Assembly (NCBI GenBank): GCA_003649205.1
Contig: QMRC01000002.1
Location: 224,001-288,000, forward strand
DNA: 64,000 bases
From: Thermoprotei archaeon
GTDB taxonomy: Archaea; Thermoproteota; Thermoprotei; Thermoproteales; B15-G16
Direction: 5' to 3'
Numbering within the stretch: position 1 is the first letter of the stretch; every line of letters begins with the position of its first letter. Positions 1 through 9,266 of this stretch are shown in pieces. The notes beneath the pieces were generated by a model. The model saw only the letters and a program-made list of their open reading frames with translations. It did not search any database and had not been told where the DNA came from. A program made the translations under genes and the position numbers.

Positions 1-2
1 GC

Positions 3-1067
3 ATCTACCTAGGTAAGGAGGAAAGGTTAAGGTTATGGGAATCATTGATTAGAGACCACTACCTAAAGCAATTTAATGAGGAGATTATAGCCAATAAGCC
101 AAAGACCTTCAAGACCTGTGGTGAGCCCTGTCCTGCAGTGTGCAAGAAGGTGTGGGGTAAGTACAAGAAGGACTATGAACCATATGCAGCACTAGGTTCC
201 TTTATTGGTATATTTGATCAGAGAGAAGCAGAAAAGGTAGTTCACACAGCTGATGCTCTGGGTTACGACGCAATATACATAGGTCAGGTTATTGCTTGGG
301 TATTTGAGTGTCTTGAGAAGGGACTTCTTACACCTAAGGACTTAGGTCTAGATAAGGTACCGTGCATAGATCCAGAGAATTACAGGATTGAGTACTCGAG
401 CATGAATGCGGAGTTAGCCATCAAGGTACTTGAGGGTATTGCCTATGCATTAAATGACGTGTACAAGGTGCTTGGTGATGGAGCTAGGAGAGCAGCTTAC
501 ATACTTGAGGAGAAGTTCAAGGACAGGGTAGCTAAGGTAGGTACTAGATTTAGAGATCTACTCGTCTACACACCATATGGTAAGGATGGCGACATGTTAC
601 CTACGATGTACTGGGCTCCAGGTAACGTTATGCCAATACCAATACAGGGTAAGTACCTGACAGTATATCACACAGAATTTGCTGAACCTGAGGAATTTGC
701 ACAGAAGTGCTTCACTAGAGCAATTAAGGAGCTGTACTCTGAAGAAGGTGGACTCTGTAGATTCCATAGAGGTTGGGGTGAGAAGGTATTGCCTAAGCTA
801 ATTGAGGTAGGCTACGGTGTTAAGGTGAATATGGATGAACACTGTAGGGAGTTGCTGAAGAAGATTGCTGAGTATAATGTCAAAGCAGGTGCATCAGTTT
901 GCTTCTGGGATAGTAGGAGAACAATTGACTATGTCTTCACAGCAGCTAAGGAAGTCGGATTCACTACATGGTTTGAGAAGTACCGTAGAGATCCTGAAGC
1001 AACAGCGAGAGAGTACTGGGAACGCTTTTACAGTAAGTACACGGAGCTGCTTGGTGTTAAGTTCTAG
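3..1067 (+). CDS. gor: Glyceraldehyde-3-phosphate:ferredoxin oxidoreductase (AOR family), 5' end outside window
   Basis: TCGEPCPAVCKK..KKDYEPY and GLCRFHRGW motifs typical of GAPOR; frame open from the window edge. Confidence 0.8.
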   Translation: MYLGKEERLRLWESLIRDHYLKQFNEEIIANKPKTFKTCGEPCPAVCKKVWGKYKKDYEPYAALGSFIGIFDQREAEKVVHTADALGYDAIYIGQVIAWVFECLEKGLLTPKDLGLDKVPCIDPENYRIEYSSMNAELAIKVLEGIAYALNDVYKVLGDGARRAAYILEEKFKDRVAKVGTRFRDLLVYTPYGKDGDMLPTMYWAPGNVMPIPIQGKYLTVYHTEFAEPEEFAQKCFTRAIKELYSEEGGLCRFHRGWGEKVLPKLIEVGYGVKVNMDEHCRELLKKIAEYNVKAGASVCFWDSRRTIDYVFTAAKEVGFTTWFEKYRRDPEATAREYWERFYSKYTELLGVKF

Positions 1068-1085
1068 CTTCTTAGGTGTTGAGGA

Positions 1086-2207
1086 ATGGTCGACAGTAAG
1101 AAGCTCGAATTTTTTAAGATACCTCACTTCGTAGTTTTTGGCTCGAGAGCTATTGAGAAGATTCCTGAAGTACTTCGTAAAGTTGGTCTCCTACCTGATT
1201 CTAGGGTTGTCTTGTTGACTGGACCTACAACAACGTACAACATAGCTATGAATTTGGTCTACCCTAAGCTTGAGGAAGTGACTACTCATGTGGAGGTTGT
1301 TAAAGTAGTACGTGAGGGTGATATGGTTAGATTTTTACTTGAATTAAGAGGGTTTGTGAAGAGGTTTGAACCGTCTATAATAGTCGCTGTTGGTGGTGGT
1401 TCAGTAATTGACTGTGCTAAGGTCATTGCACACTGGCTAGGTATACCATACATCACTGTACCTACTAGTGCTAGCCATGATGGAATAGCATCCCCTGCAA
1501 TATCGTACCTACTTAGGAAGAAGTTGAGTGAGTGTATTGGTGGTGATTACTCAATACTTGATCCACCGATTGCTGTTGTGGCGGATATTGATGTTATATC
1601 GAGAGCACCGTATAGGTTGTTAGCCGCTGGTTGTGGTGACTTAATAGCTAAGTTAACAGCTGTTAGGGATTGGAAGTTAGCACATAGGCTTAAGGGTGAG
1701 GACTATAGCGAGTACGCTGCCTCTCTTGCAATTTCTAGTGCCAAGTTGGTCATGCATAAGGCTGATTACATACCTAAGCTAAGTGAGGATAGCGTTAGAA
1801 CTGTCGTTAAGGCATTAATTGGCTGTGGTGTAGCGATGAGTATTGCTGGTTCATCAAGACCTTGTAGTGGTGCTGAGCACCTCTTCAGTCATGCTCTAGA
1901 TTACCTATCTGAGAAGTATGGATTCAAACCAGCACATCATGGTGAGCAGGTTGGTGTGGGTACAATACTCATGGCGTATCTACACGGTATGAGGTGGTGG
2001 TTAATCAAGAAATTTCTACGGAAGGTTAAGGCACCTACAACAGCTGAGGAGTTGGGTATTGAACCTAAGTACTTGGTAATGGCTCTAACTATAGCTCATA
2101 AGATAAGACCTGAGAGGTACACTATACTTGGTGATTCAGGTATTTCCGAGAAAGCTGCATGGAAGTTAATTAGGGTAACAGGTGTAGTGGGTGAGAGTAG
2201 TGATTGA
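1086..2207 (+). CDS. egsA: sn-glycerol-1-phosphate dehydrogenase
   Basis: GGGSVID, PTSASHDGIASP, GSSRPCSGAEHLFSHALD, HGEQVG motifs. Confidence 0.95.
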   Translation: MVDSKKLEFFKIPHFVVFGSRAIEKIPEVLRKVGLLPDSRVVLLTGPTTTYNIAMNLVYPKLEEVTTHVEVVKVVREGDMVRFLLELRGFVKRFEPSIIVAVGGGSVIDCAKVIAHWLGIPYITVPTSASHDGIASPAISYLLRKKLSECIGGDYSILDPPIAVVADIDVISRAPYRLLAAGCGDLIAKLTAVRDWKLAHRLKGEDYSEYAASLAISSAKLVMHKADYIPKLSEDSVRTVVKALIGCGVAMSIAGSSRPCSGAEHLFSHALDYLSEKYGFKPAHHGEQVGVGTILMAYLHGMRWWLIKKFLRKVKAPTTAEELGIEPKYLVMALTIAHKIRPERYTILGDSGISEKAAWKLIRVTGVVGESSD

Positions 2208-2955
2208 CGTTCACTGCCACCTCACTGATGACTCCTTCATCAATGATCTTGAGGAGGTAATTGTGAGAGCTAAGAGAGCAGGGGTCATCTGCATCATAAC
2301 CTCAGTTATCCGTGCTAGGGAGATACCTAGAGCTGAGGAAATAGTTGGGAAGTACAGAGGATACGTCTATCTCTCAGTTGGGTGTGATCCCACAGTCTTT
2401 GACTACAGAGAAATTGAGGAGTTGATGAGCTATGTAGAGAGGAAGTTACCTGAGGTAATTGCTATTGGTGAGGTTGGTCTAGATTACTTCCTGGTTAGAG
2501 ACCACATACTTAGGGAGGTTCAGAAGAGCAATTTCATCAAGTGGATTGAGCTAGCAAATCGTGTAGATAGACCGCTGGTCATCCACTCTAGATCAGCTGG
2601 GAAGTACGCAATTGAGATTTTAATGGGCAGAGCTAAGGTACCTGTAGTGATGCATGCCTATGACGGTGGTGTCTCACATGCTGAGAAAGCTGCCGAGAAG
2701 GGTTTCTACTTCTCAATTCCACCTACAGTGGTTACGTCGGATCAGAAACAGAAGCTAGTTAAAGTACTTCCACTTGAGAATCTCCTACTTGAGAGTGATG
2801 CTCCTGTTCTCTCACCGAAACGAGGAGTAAGGAACGAACCAGCGAACATAGCTATTGCCGTTAGGAAGATAGCTGAGATAAAGGGGGTTGGTGTCGAGAA
2901 GGTCATTGAGGTGACTACTGAAAACGCTAAGAGAATATTCAGGCTGAGACTATGA
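2191..2955 (+). CDS. tatD: TatD family nuclease
   Basis: DVHCH, IGEVGLDY, VIHSR, LESDAP motifs. Confidence 0.92.
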   Translation: MRVVIDVHCHLTDDSFINDLEEVIVRAKRAGVICIITSVIRAREIPRAEEIVGKYRGYVYLSVGCDPTVFDYREIEELMSYVERKLPEVIAIGEVGLDYFLVRDHILREVQKSNFIKWIELANRVDRPLVIHSRSAGKYAIEILMGRAKVPVVMHAYDGGVSHAEKAAEKGFYFSIPPTVVTSDQKQKLVKVLPLENLLLESDAPVLSPKRGVRNEPANIAIAVRKIAEIKGVGVEKVIEVTTENAKRIFRLRL

Positions 2956-3005
2956 TCAGCTCGCCAGCTCGCAATCACAGTTCATCAGATAGGTAAACTC
3001 ATCAC
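2956..3005 (-). ncRNA. Box C/D guide sRNA candidate
   Basis: Minus strand GTGATGA-GTTTACCTAT-CTGA...GCGAGCTGGCGAG-CTGA; D guide CGAGCTGGCGA is complementary to conserved 16S UCGCCAGCUCG. Confidence 0.75.
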
Positions 3006-3006
3006 T

Positions 3007-3087
3007 GGTACCGGGGAAGTGGGGGCTCGTCGAGGTGAAGCTCGGGCACCCTGTGATTCCCGCCGGAAACCTTTCACTCATCGCCCC
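3007..3087 (-). ncRNA. GC-rich K-turn stem-loop RNA candidate
   Basis: GGGGC-GATGA-GTGAA...TTCAC-CTCGACGA-GCCCC pairing; TTTTAA about 25 nt upstream on the minus strand. Confidence 0.45.
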
Positions 3088-3236
3088 AAGAATTACCTCA
3101 AGATTAGCAACGTTAAAATTTCTTTCCTCTAACGACATCGTAGTGAAGTGATCTCTCTCGAGTATTAGGAACCTGGGTTTCTGATTGATGAGGATAAGGT
3201 CCGCCAGCGATGACATCACCTGATGAACTGTAACCC

Positions 3237-4292
3237 ATGAAGATCACGAAACTACTCATAACACTTGAACCCTATACCAGAGGTGAGGAAAGTAAGGTAC
3301 TCACAATACTGAGTAAACTAACTTCACGAAGTAGTGTAAACTTCGTAATTAAACCATACAGATCTACTATTGGTAGGAGATTAGTTGTTGAGTTGGGGGA
3401 TGAAGTTGATGTACCTAAGGCACTTGAGGTAGCTAAGTTACTTAAGGAATGTCCTCATGTAGCTAGAGTACTCGTACTCCTGAATGAAGGACTTCCAGTG
3501 GACTTAGGGCATCTATGTAGTAGAGCTATTGAGTTACTATCTCCTGTTGTAGAGTGCTTAAGACCTAAATCGTTCAAGGTGATAGCTAAGAGAGTATGGA
3601 GCGATTACCCATTAACAAGCACCGAGGTAGCTAGTAAACTGGGTTCTGTAGTCAATGAGAGATTCTCCATACCTGTTGACGTTCATGCACCTGAGTTCAT
3701 TGTGTATGTGGAGGTACATAGAGAACACGCTATTCTGGGATTTTCAACGTATGAACTATATTTCAGTAGGTGGAAGTGTTTACCGAAGAACTTCTTCGAG
3801 GACGTAGTTGTTCTACTCGAGAATCCTTGTCTAGAACTAGAGATCATGGACCTCGTTAGGCTGTGTGTTGCCTATGGTATTGAGCTGAGAGTAGTTGGTA
3901 AGGATAAGGTTAGGGAAATGATTGAGAAGGCTAGATCCTTGATGAAAGGTGCTGGTCAGAGAGCTTCCATAAGCTACTTCACGTCACTCAATGAGGCACT
4001 AAGTGGGGTAGATGTGACAATTGCTCTTAGTAGATACGCTCGTCTCAATGAGGAGGATCTAATCAAGATACTGGATACCTGCATTCGAAATGGTAAGAAG
4101 ATTTGCTTCCTCATAGGTAACGAGTACAAGGGCTTGAGTGTTGAAGCACGTGAGAGAGCAAACTACATAGTTAGGCTAGGTCCTGAGCATGGTTTTTCAC
4201 TCAGGGGTGTAGCGGCTCTAGCATATACACTAGGAATTTACGCAACAGTTAAGTTAGGGATTAAACCACTACACTACGGAATGGCCCCGTAG
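3237..4292 (+). CDS. THUMP domain + SPOUT (SpoU-like) RNA methyltransferase
   Basis: SFKVIAKR...VDVHAPEFIVYVEV (THUMP); FLIGNEYKGLS...SLRGVAALA (SPOUT knot). Confidence 0.8.
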   Translation: MKITKLLITLEPYTRGEESKVLTILSKLTSRSSVNFVIKPYRSTIGRRLVVELGDEVDVPKALEVAKLLKECPHVARVLVLLNEGLPVDLGHLCSRAIELLSPVVECLRPKSFKVIAKRVWSDYPLTSTEVASKLGSVVNERFSIPVDVHAPEFIVYVEVHREHAILGFSTYELYFSRWKCLPKNFFEDVVVLLENPCLELEIMDLVRLCVAYGIELRVVGKDKVREMIEKARSLMKGAGQRASISYFTSLNEALSGVDVTIALSRYARLNEEDLIKILDTCIRNGKKICFLIGNEYKGLSVEARERANYIVRLGPEHGFSLRGVAALAYTLGIYATVKLGIKPLHYGMAP

Positions 4293-4356
4293 CCTAGCCT
4301 GGAAGGGCGGCGGCCTTCGGAGCCGCAGGTCCCGGGTTCAAATCCCGGCGGGGCCG
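4283..4356 (+). tRNA. tRNA-Arg(UCG), CCA not encoded
   Basis: GGCCCCG/CGGGGCC acceptor stem, GCGGC-CT-TCG-GA-GCCGC anticodon arm, GGTTCAAATCC T arm. Confidence 0.95.
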
Positions 4357-4384
4357 CTAACTACCTACATCCCACGGTGATACT

Positions 4385-5542
4385 GTGACTGATGAATACC
4401 GTCAACTCCTCAACTTACTTAGGAGTAGTGAAGCAGCTGGTACTGTAGTGAGGGACATAGAGAGGTTATCTAGGGGCATTGACAACGTTAAGATAGTTCA
4501 TGTCTGTGGTACTCACGAACACACAATATCTAGGTTTGGTATTAGGTTAATACTGCCTAAGAACGTCAAGTTAATTGCAGGTCCTGGTTGCCCAGTCTGT
4601 ATCACACCTGCGAGTGAAATCGATGCTGTTATCGAGCTAGCTCTCTCCGGTGTGGCAGTACTTACGTTTGGTGACATGCTTCGTGTACCTGGAAGTGAGT
4701 TATCTCTCTTTCAAGCTAGAAGTAGGGGGGCAGATGTAAGAGTTGTGTACAGCTTTCTCGATGCAATTAAGGTAGCTAGATCTGAACCAAGTAGGGAGTT
4801 TGTGTTCTTTGCAATCGGTTTCGAGACAACAGCTGCAACAGTAGCACCGTACATAGCGCTTGGTAAGGTACCTGAAAACCTAAGTCTCTTTGTCTCTCAT
4901 AGATTGATACCTCCAGCTATGGAATTCATGTCACTACTTAGACATGGAGCTGATGCGTACATAGCTCCGGGTCATGTATCTACAATAATTGGGTGTAAGC
5001 CCTACGAGGTGTTTCCTAAGGTGTATAGACAGAGTGTTGTCATTGCTGGATTTGAGCCTCTTGATGTTTTACTTGCTGTAAAAACAATATTGGATTTAAC
5101 TAAGCGAGGAGACGTCAAGCTAGTTAATGAGTATAGTAGGGCTGTCAGATACGAGGGTAATGTCTTGGCTCTCAAGTACATGTACCGTGTCTTCGAGGTC
5201 GTAGATGGTGCTTGGAGGGGTATTGGTGTGATTCCTCAGTCTAAGCTATGTCTGAGAAGTGAGTATCGTAGGTATGATGCTGTGGAGAGGTATGGAATTA
5301 GTATTCGACGTGGTATAGATGTTAGACCAGGTTGTAGATGTGGTGATGTGATTGTTGGTAGAGCTGTTCCAACTGATTGTCCGTACTTCGCTAAGGTATG
5401 TACGCCGAATAACCCACTAGGGCCATGTATGGTCTCAATGGAGGGTACCTGTCGTATTTGGTATCAGTTTGAGAGGACGAGAGGTGGTGAGGTATCTGAG
5501 AGGGAACGAGCTACTGAGTATCTATATAACTCGTCTTCGTAG
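4385..5542 (+). CDS. hypD: [NiFe] hydrogenase maturation protein HypD
   Basis: HVCGTHEH, GPGCPVC, GFETT, PGHVS, GPCMVSMEGTC motifs. Confidence 0.96.
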   Translation: MTDEYRQLLNLLRSSEAAGTVVRDIERLSRGIDNVKIVHVCGTHEHTISRFGIRLILPKNVKLIAGPGCPVCITPASEIDAVIELALSGVAVLTFGDMLRVPGSELSLFQARSRGADVRVVYSFLDAIKVARSEPSREFVFFAIGFETTAATVAPYIALGKVPENLSLFVSHRLIPPAMEFMSLLRHGADAYIAPGHVSTIIGCKPYEVFPKVYRQSVVIAGFEPLDVLLAVKTILDLTKRGDVKLVNEYSRAVRYEGNVLALKYMYRVFEVVDGAWRGIGVIPQSKLCLRSEYRRYDAVERYGISIRRGIDVRPGCRCGDVIVGRAVPTDCPYFAKVCTPNNPLGPCMVSMEGTCRIWYQFERTRGGEVSERERATEYLYNSSS

Positions 5543-7544
5543 ATTTTACAGGGAGCTGCTAACACATTACTATGAAGTTCGGATTTATGGTGACGGTATT
5601 AGGTGTGAGTTCTGTGGTAGACATTGCTTTGTTGAGAAGGGTAGCACTGGGTCTTGTGGTCTTAGCTATGAATCTATTGCTGCTAAGAAGTTACTGATGT
5701 GGGCTGTTATCGGTCTTAGTACTCACCTACACTCACTCAATACCTTAATGAGGTACTGTGGAGCTGATATACTACCTCGTATCAAGACCTCTAGTGGTGT
5801 GTACATTATCGAATCTGTGGTGGGTAAAGTACCTGAGAGTTTGGGTGAATTACGTGACTTAGTCTATGAGCTGAATGAGGTTTGTAATTGGTTGGTAGCA
5901 CAACTACATTTTGGTCAGGAGAGTTCGGTTGTTGAGTTAGTGTCTCTCAGTCTATTTGCTGGTCTTCTAGACTTAATGGTTTGTGAACTCTATGAATTGA
6001 TCAACGGTGTTATGAGGAAGGTTAAGGGTTCCTCTCCTAGACGTGAATTGAGGAGGGTACCTGTTGCGCGTTATAGGGTAGGTAAGCCGAGTATACTTGT
6101 GATTGGTCATAATTCACCTATTGTTGCTGAGTTAGTTGATTTGGTTAAGAAACGTGGGATTGATGTGCAGATCTATGGTCTCTGCTGTAGTGCTCACGAG
6201 CTTTCACACTACGTGGATGAGAGTGGTAAGTTCTTCTTTGCTGGTTCTTTAGCTGAGCAGGTTGAGGCTGTGGCTTCAGGTATAGCGGATGTTGTTGTCA
6301 TAGATGAGCAGTGCATTATGCCTCTTGTACTCACTATTGCGGATGAGCTAGGTATCATTACTGTACTGACGAGTCCATCTATATGTAGTGATGCTCCTGA
6401 TTTAACGTACTTAGGTAGTTGTAGCGATATCGTTAGAAAGGTTGTAGAGAACAAGGTAAAGAGGTTCGTTGTGAGCAATGTTAGGTTAGCTGCTGAGGTA
6501 GCTATTGAGCTAGCTAAGTATCGTTGGCTTAGTGGTGGTTATAGGGATAGTATAGGATTGTTAGCTAGATGTAGTGATTGTCTTCAATGCCTTAAATTGA
6601 GTACTTGCTCTACTGAACAACCTACTACGTGTTGCGATTGCGTTCTATGCCTTGAAGCTTGTCCCGTAGATTACCCAATCTCTAGGTACCTACAGTTGAG
6701 GACATGTAGCACTCACGAAGTACACTACGTGGTTTCTGGTCTAGACCAGGTACCTAGAGCTGAAATTCACGATGTAGCACCGACCTACGTAATGGGCTTC
6801 GTTCCTGGAATAGTAGCTGTCACTGGCTGTCCTGAGTATCCTCACTCCTACAGCGATCTATCAACTTTAGTACAGGAACTTATGTCACTAGGCTTTACAG
6901 TTCTATCAGCTGGTTGCACGGCCATTGTCCTTAGCTACTTTGGAGCTTATGAGCATGGCGCTTTAGGCTTTACCAGAGGTGGTTTATTGAACTTTGGTTC
7001 CTGTTTCGGTAATGTACGTATTGTCGAGTCGGTAATTGAGTTAGTACGTAAGTGGAGTGGATTAGAGGTACGTGGTAACTACGAGAAGATCTTTAGCGAG
7101 ATCTTACTGAGGATACCTATAGTAGCAGCACTACCTGGATTACTAACAGAGAAAGCTCTTGCTCTAGCGCTTGGCTTTACTTCATTTGGGATACCGACTC
7201 TTGTTCGATCTACAGCAGTAACGAGGTTACTCAGCATAGTCGGTAGGGAGTGTAGTAAGTACTTTGATAGACGGTGTAGAGCTATCCTCACACTACCTAC
7301 AGTACCCCCTACACTATTCACATCAGTAAGTAAGAGGGAACTACTTACAACAATTTTGCTCTGTAGTATGAGACATTGTGAATCTCCTTACTCAAGGAGG
7401 GTGAAGTACCGTGTACTTCATGAACAGGGTATTGACATAGCGAAGTATGTACGTACTTTCTACGAGCTTCCAGATGGGATCACCGTGGAGGAGGTAAAGC
7501 CGGGCTATGTACCTGACTTGGAGCTAGTAGTGAGTAGCAGCTAG
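5469..7544 (+). CDS. Divergent CdhA-type Ni-CO dehydrogenase (ACDS alpha subunit homolog); start may be GTG 5487
   Basis: HFGQES, VIGHN, GLCC, DEQC, two CxxCxxC motifs, GCPEYP, GCTA, GSC and EK are colinear with archaeal CdhA. Confidence 0.8.
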   Translation: MRGREVVRYLRGNELLSIYITRLRRFYRELLTHYYEVRIYGDGIRCEFCGRHCFVEKGSTGSCGLSYESIAAKKLLMWAVIGLSTHLHSLNTLMRYCGADILPRIKTSSGVYIIESVVGKVPESLGELRDLVYELNEVCNWLVAQLHFGQESSVVELVSLSLFAGLLDLMVCELYELINGVMRKVKGSSPRRELRRVPVARYRVGKPSILVIGHNSPIVAELVDLVKKRGIDVQIYGLCCSAHELSHYVDESGKFFFAGSLAEQVEAVASGIADVVVIDEQCIMPLVLTIADELGIITVLTSPSICSDAPDLTYLGSCSDIVRKVVENKVKRFVVSNVRLAAEVAIELAKYRWLSGGYRDSIGLLARCSDCLQCLKLSTCSTEQPTTCCDCVLCLEACPVDYPISRYLQLRTCSTHEVHYVVSGLDQVPRAEIHDVAPTYVMGFVPGIVAVTGCPEYPHSYSDLSTLVQELMSLGFTVLSAGCTAIVLSYFGAYEHGALGFTRGGLLNFGSCFGNVRIVESVIELVRKWSGLEVRGNYEKIFSEILLRIPIVAALPGLLTEKALALALGFTSFGIPTLVRSTAVTRLLSIVGRECSKYFDRRCRAILTLPTVPPTLFTSVSKRELLTTILLCSMRHCESPYSRRVKYRVLHEQGIDIAKYVRTFYELPDGITVEEVKPGYVPDLELVVSSS

Positions 7545-7554
7545 GTACTCTCGA

Positions 7555-8346
7555 CTATTGCTTCCTTAACTCAGTCCTAACTAATTGAGCAGCCTTTCTA
7601 GCAGATAGTACTACGGGAGTCATGTCAAGTACAGGTCTTGGTGATCCGAAGACAGCGTTAGCAGCTAAACTGCAGACGACTATACCTGGTAGTACCTTTC
7701 GTGTATTAGCAACCATAGCTCTACTAGCTTCCTCTACCCAGTAACCCCTCAACCCTATAACCGTACCATCTGGGGTAGGTACCTCTAGGTACGGTACACT
7801 TCTTAGTGCAGTCTCAACAACAAGAGCATTTTCCGTCGCATCGACAATAGCTCTAGACCTTATACACATTGTGAAGTTACCAATCTCAACAACAACTCCC
7901 TGAACAACATATTTTTGCAACTCTCTTGCATATAGTACGTCTCTGAAGTTAGCAGGTAGCAGTACCTTGACCTTTCTCTCCAAGCACCTAGCTACGGCCT
8001 TGATCATTAGTGTGTAGAGGTCCATGACTAAGAGGTCCCCTGATGAACACTCCTCTACTAGACCATGCTCCTTGAGTATCTCTATGGCATCTCTCCTGAA
8101 TATGGCAACACCAACCGCACCTTGGTAAGAGTACTTAACCTCGTAAGGTACTGTACCTTGTAGAACGAGCACTACCGAGTGCTCTGTAGCTAAGCCAATT
8201 GCTACCAGCGGTGAGGCTATACTCGATCCAACGATTACGCAATCACATGTTATGTTTGGTGGGTAGTTTGTAGCTATGTACTGAAGAATTGAGTTCAGTA
8301 CCCCGGAATCGCTCATCAATTCGCTGGGCATGATTCTCATCACCAC
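7555..8346 (-). CDS. Degenerate Thi4 (thiazole synthase) family homolog
   Basis: DCVIVG, VQGVVV, SRAIVDAT, NTRKVLPGIVVC..AANAVFGSPR..SARKAA follow the Thi4 layout; GxGxxG is lost. Confidence 0.65.
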   Translation of the reverse strand: MVMRIMPSELMSDSGVLNSILQYIATNYPPNITCDCVIVGSSIASPLVAIGLATEHSVVLVLQGTVPYEVKYSYQGAVGVAIFRRDAIEILKEHGLVEECSSGDLLVMDLYTLMIKAVARCLERKVKVLLPANFRDVLYARELQKYVVQGVVVEIGNFTMCIRSRAIVDATENALVVETALRSVPYLEVPTPDGTVIGLRGYWVEEASRAMVANTRKVLPGIVVCSLAANAVFGSPRPVLDMTPVVLSARKAAQLVRTELRKQ

Positions 8347-8381
8347 AGAGTAAATAACCTAATCTCGAACCCGAGTTCACT

Positions 8382-9233
8382 ATGAGACTACTTGTCAAGG
8401 TTTTCTACGATGGTAGGTATTTTGAGGGTTACGCAAGACAACCAGGTAAGGATACCATTGAACAGCACATTATCGACGCACTAATCGATTGCGGGTACAT
8501 ACGAACAGCTAAAGAATCTAGATTTCAATCAGCTTCGAGAACAGATCCCGGTGTATCAGCTATATCTCAGGTAATATGCTTCACAACAGATAGAACCACG
8601 TTCTACGTCATGGAGGTAAATGATAGACTTCCACAGCAGATAACGCTGTGGTCCTATACGCGAGTTCCACAAGACTTCAATTTACGTAGAGCTATAGCCT
8701 ATAGATTCTACAAGTACTTCAAGAAGTACGAGGGTGAGGACATTAGCTCTATGAGTGAAGCAGCTAGGCTATTGATCGGATACCATGACTTTAGGCATCT
8801 CTGTGTTGTCGATAAGAGGAGACCAGTAACTAGGACTAAAGTGTACTGTGTTGCTGTTAAGCACATACGTACTTTAGATCTCTTGGTATTTGACTTCGTA
8901 GGTAGGTTCTTTCTCAATAAAATGATTAGAAAGTGTGTATCTGCACTCGAGATGGTTGGTAAGGGTCTACTCAGTATTGATGAATTTCGTAAAGTAATTG
9001 ATAGTGAGATTAAGCCAAAAGCATCCATACCGCCAGCACCAGCTAGTGGATTAGTTTTAGTGGATGTTGGATTACCTATTAGATCTAGGTTTATTGTTTC
9101 CAGACAGGCACTTAAGAGGATAAGGAGGTACCTCAGGACTACAGTACAGGAGCTTTGGTCATGTACCTCCGCACTAAGCTATATTTACGATATGATGCTC
9201 GATGTCGGTAGTAGCGTTGGGCATATTTATTAA
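8382..9233 (+). CDS. truA: tRNA pseudouridine(38-40) synthase
   Basis: YDGRYFEGYARQP, SRTDPGVSA, FLNKMIR, APASGL motifs. Confidence 0.92.
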   Translation: MRLLVKVFYDGRYFEGYARQPGKDTIEQHIIDALIDCGYIRTAKESRFQSASRTDPGVSAISQVICFTTDRTTFYVMEVNDRLPQQITLWSYTRVPQDFNLRRAIAYRFYKYFKKYEGEDISSMSEAARLLIGYHDFRHLCVVDKRRPVTRTKVYCVAVKHIRTLDLLVFDFVGRFFLNKMIRKCVSALEMVGKGLLSIDEFRKVIDSEIKPKASIPPAPASGLVLVDVGLPIRSRFIVSRQALKRIRRYLRTTVQELWSCTSALSYIYDMMLDVGSSVGHIY

Positions 9234-9266
9234 CCCTGAAGCAGTACTTAACTCGGTGCACTACTG

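Noticed and set aside
2956-3219. 87-aa minus-strand ORF
   Set aside because: No protein motif; the region is better explained by sRNA genes and promoters.
3186-3231. Plus-strand TGATGA..CGATGA..CTGA C/D-like motif, and a 12-bp inverted match (CTGATGAACTGT) to 2977-2988
   Set aside because: The second guide is only 6 nt and D' is poor; the repeat is mostly box sequence. At best a decayed sRNA.
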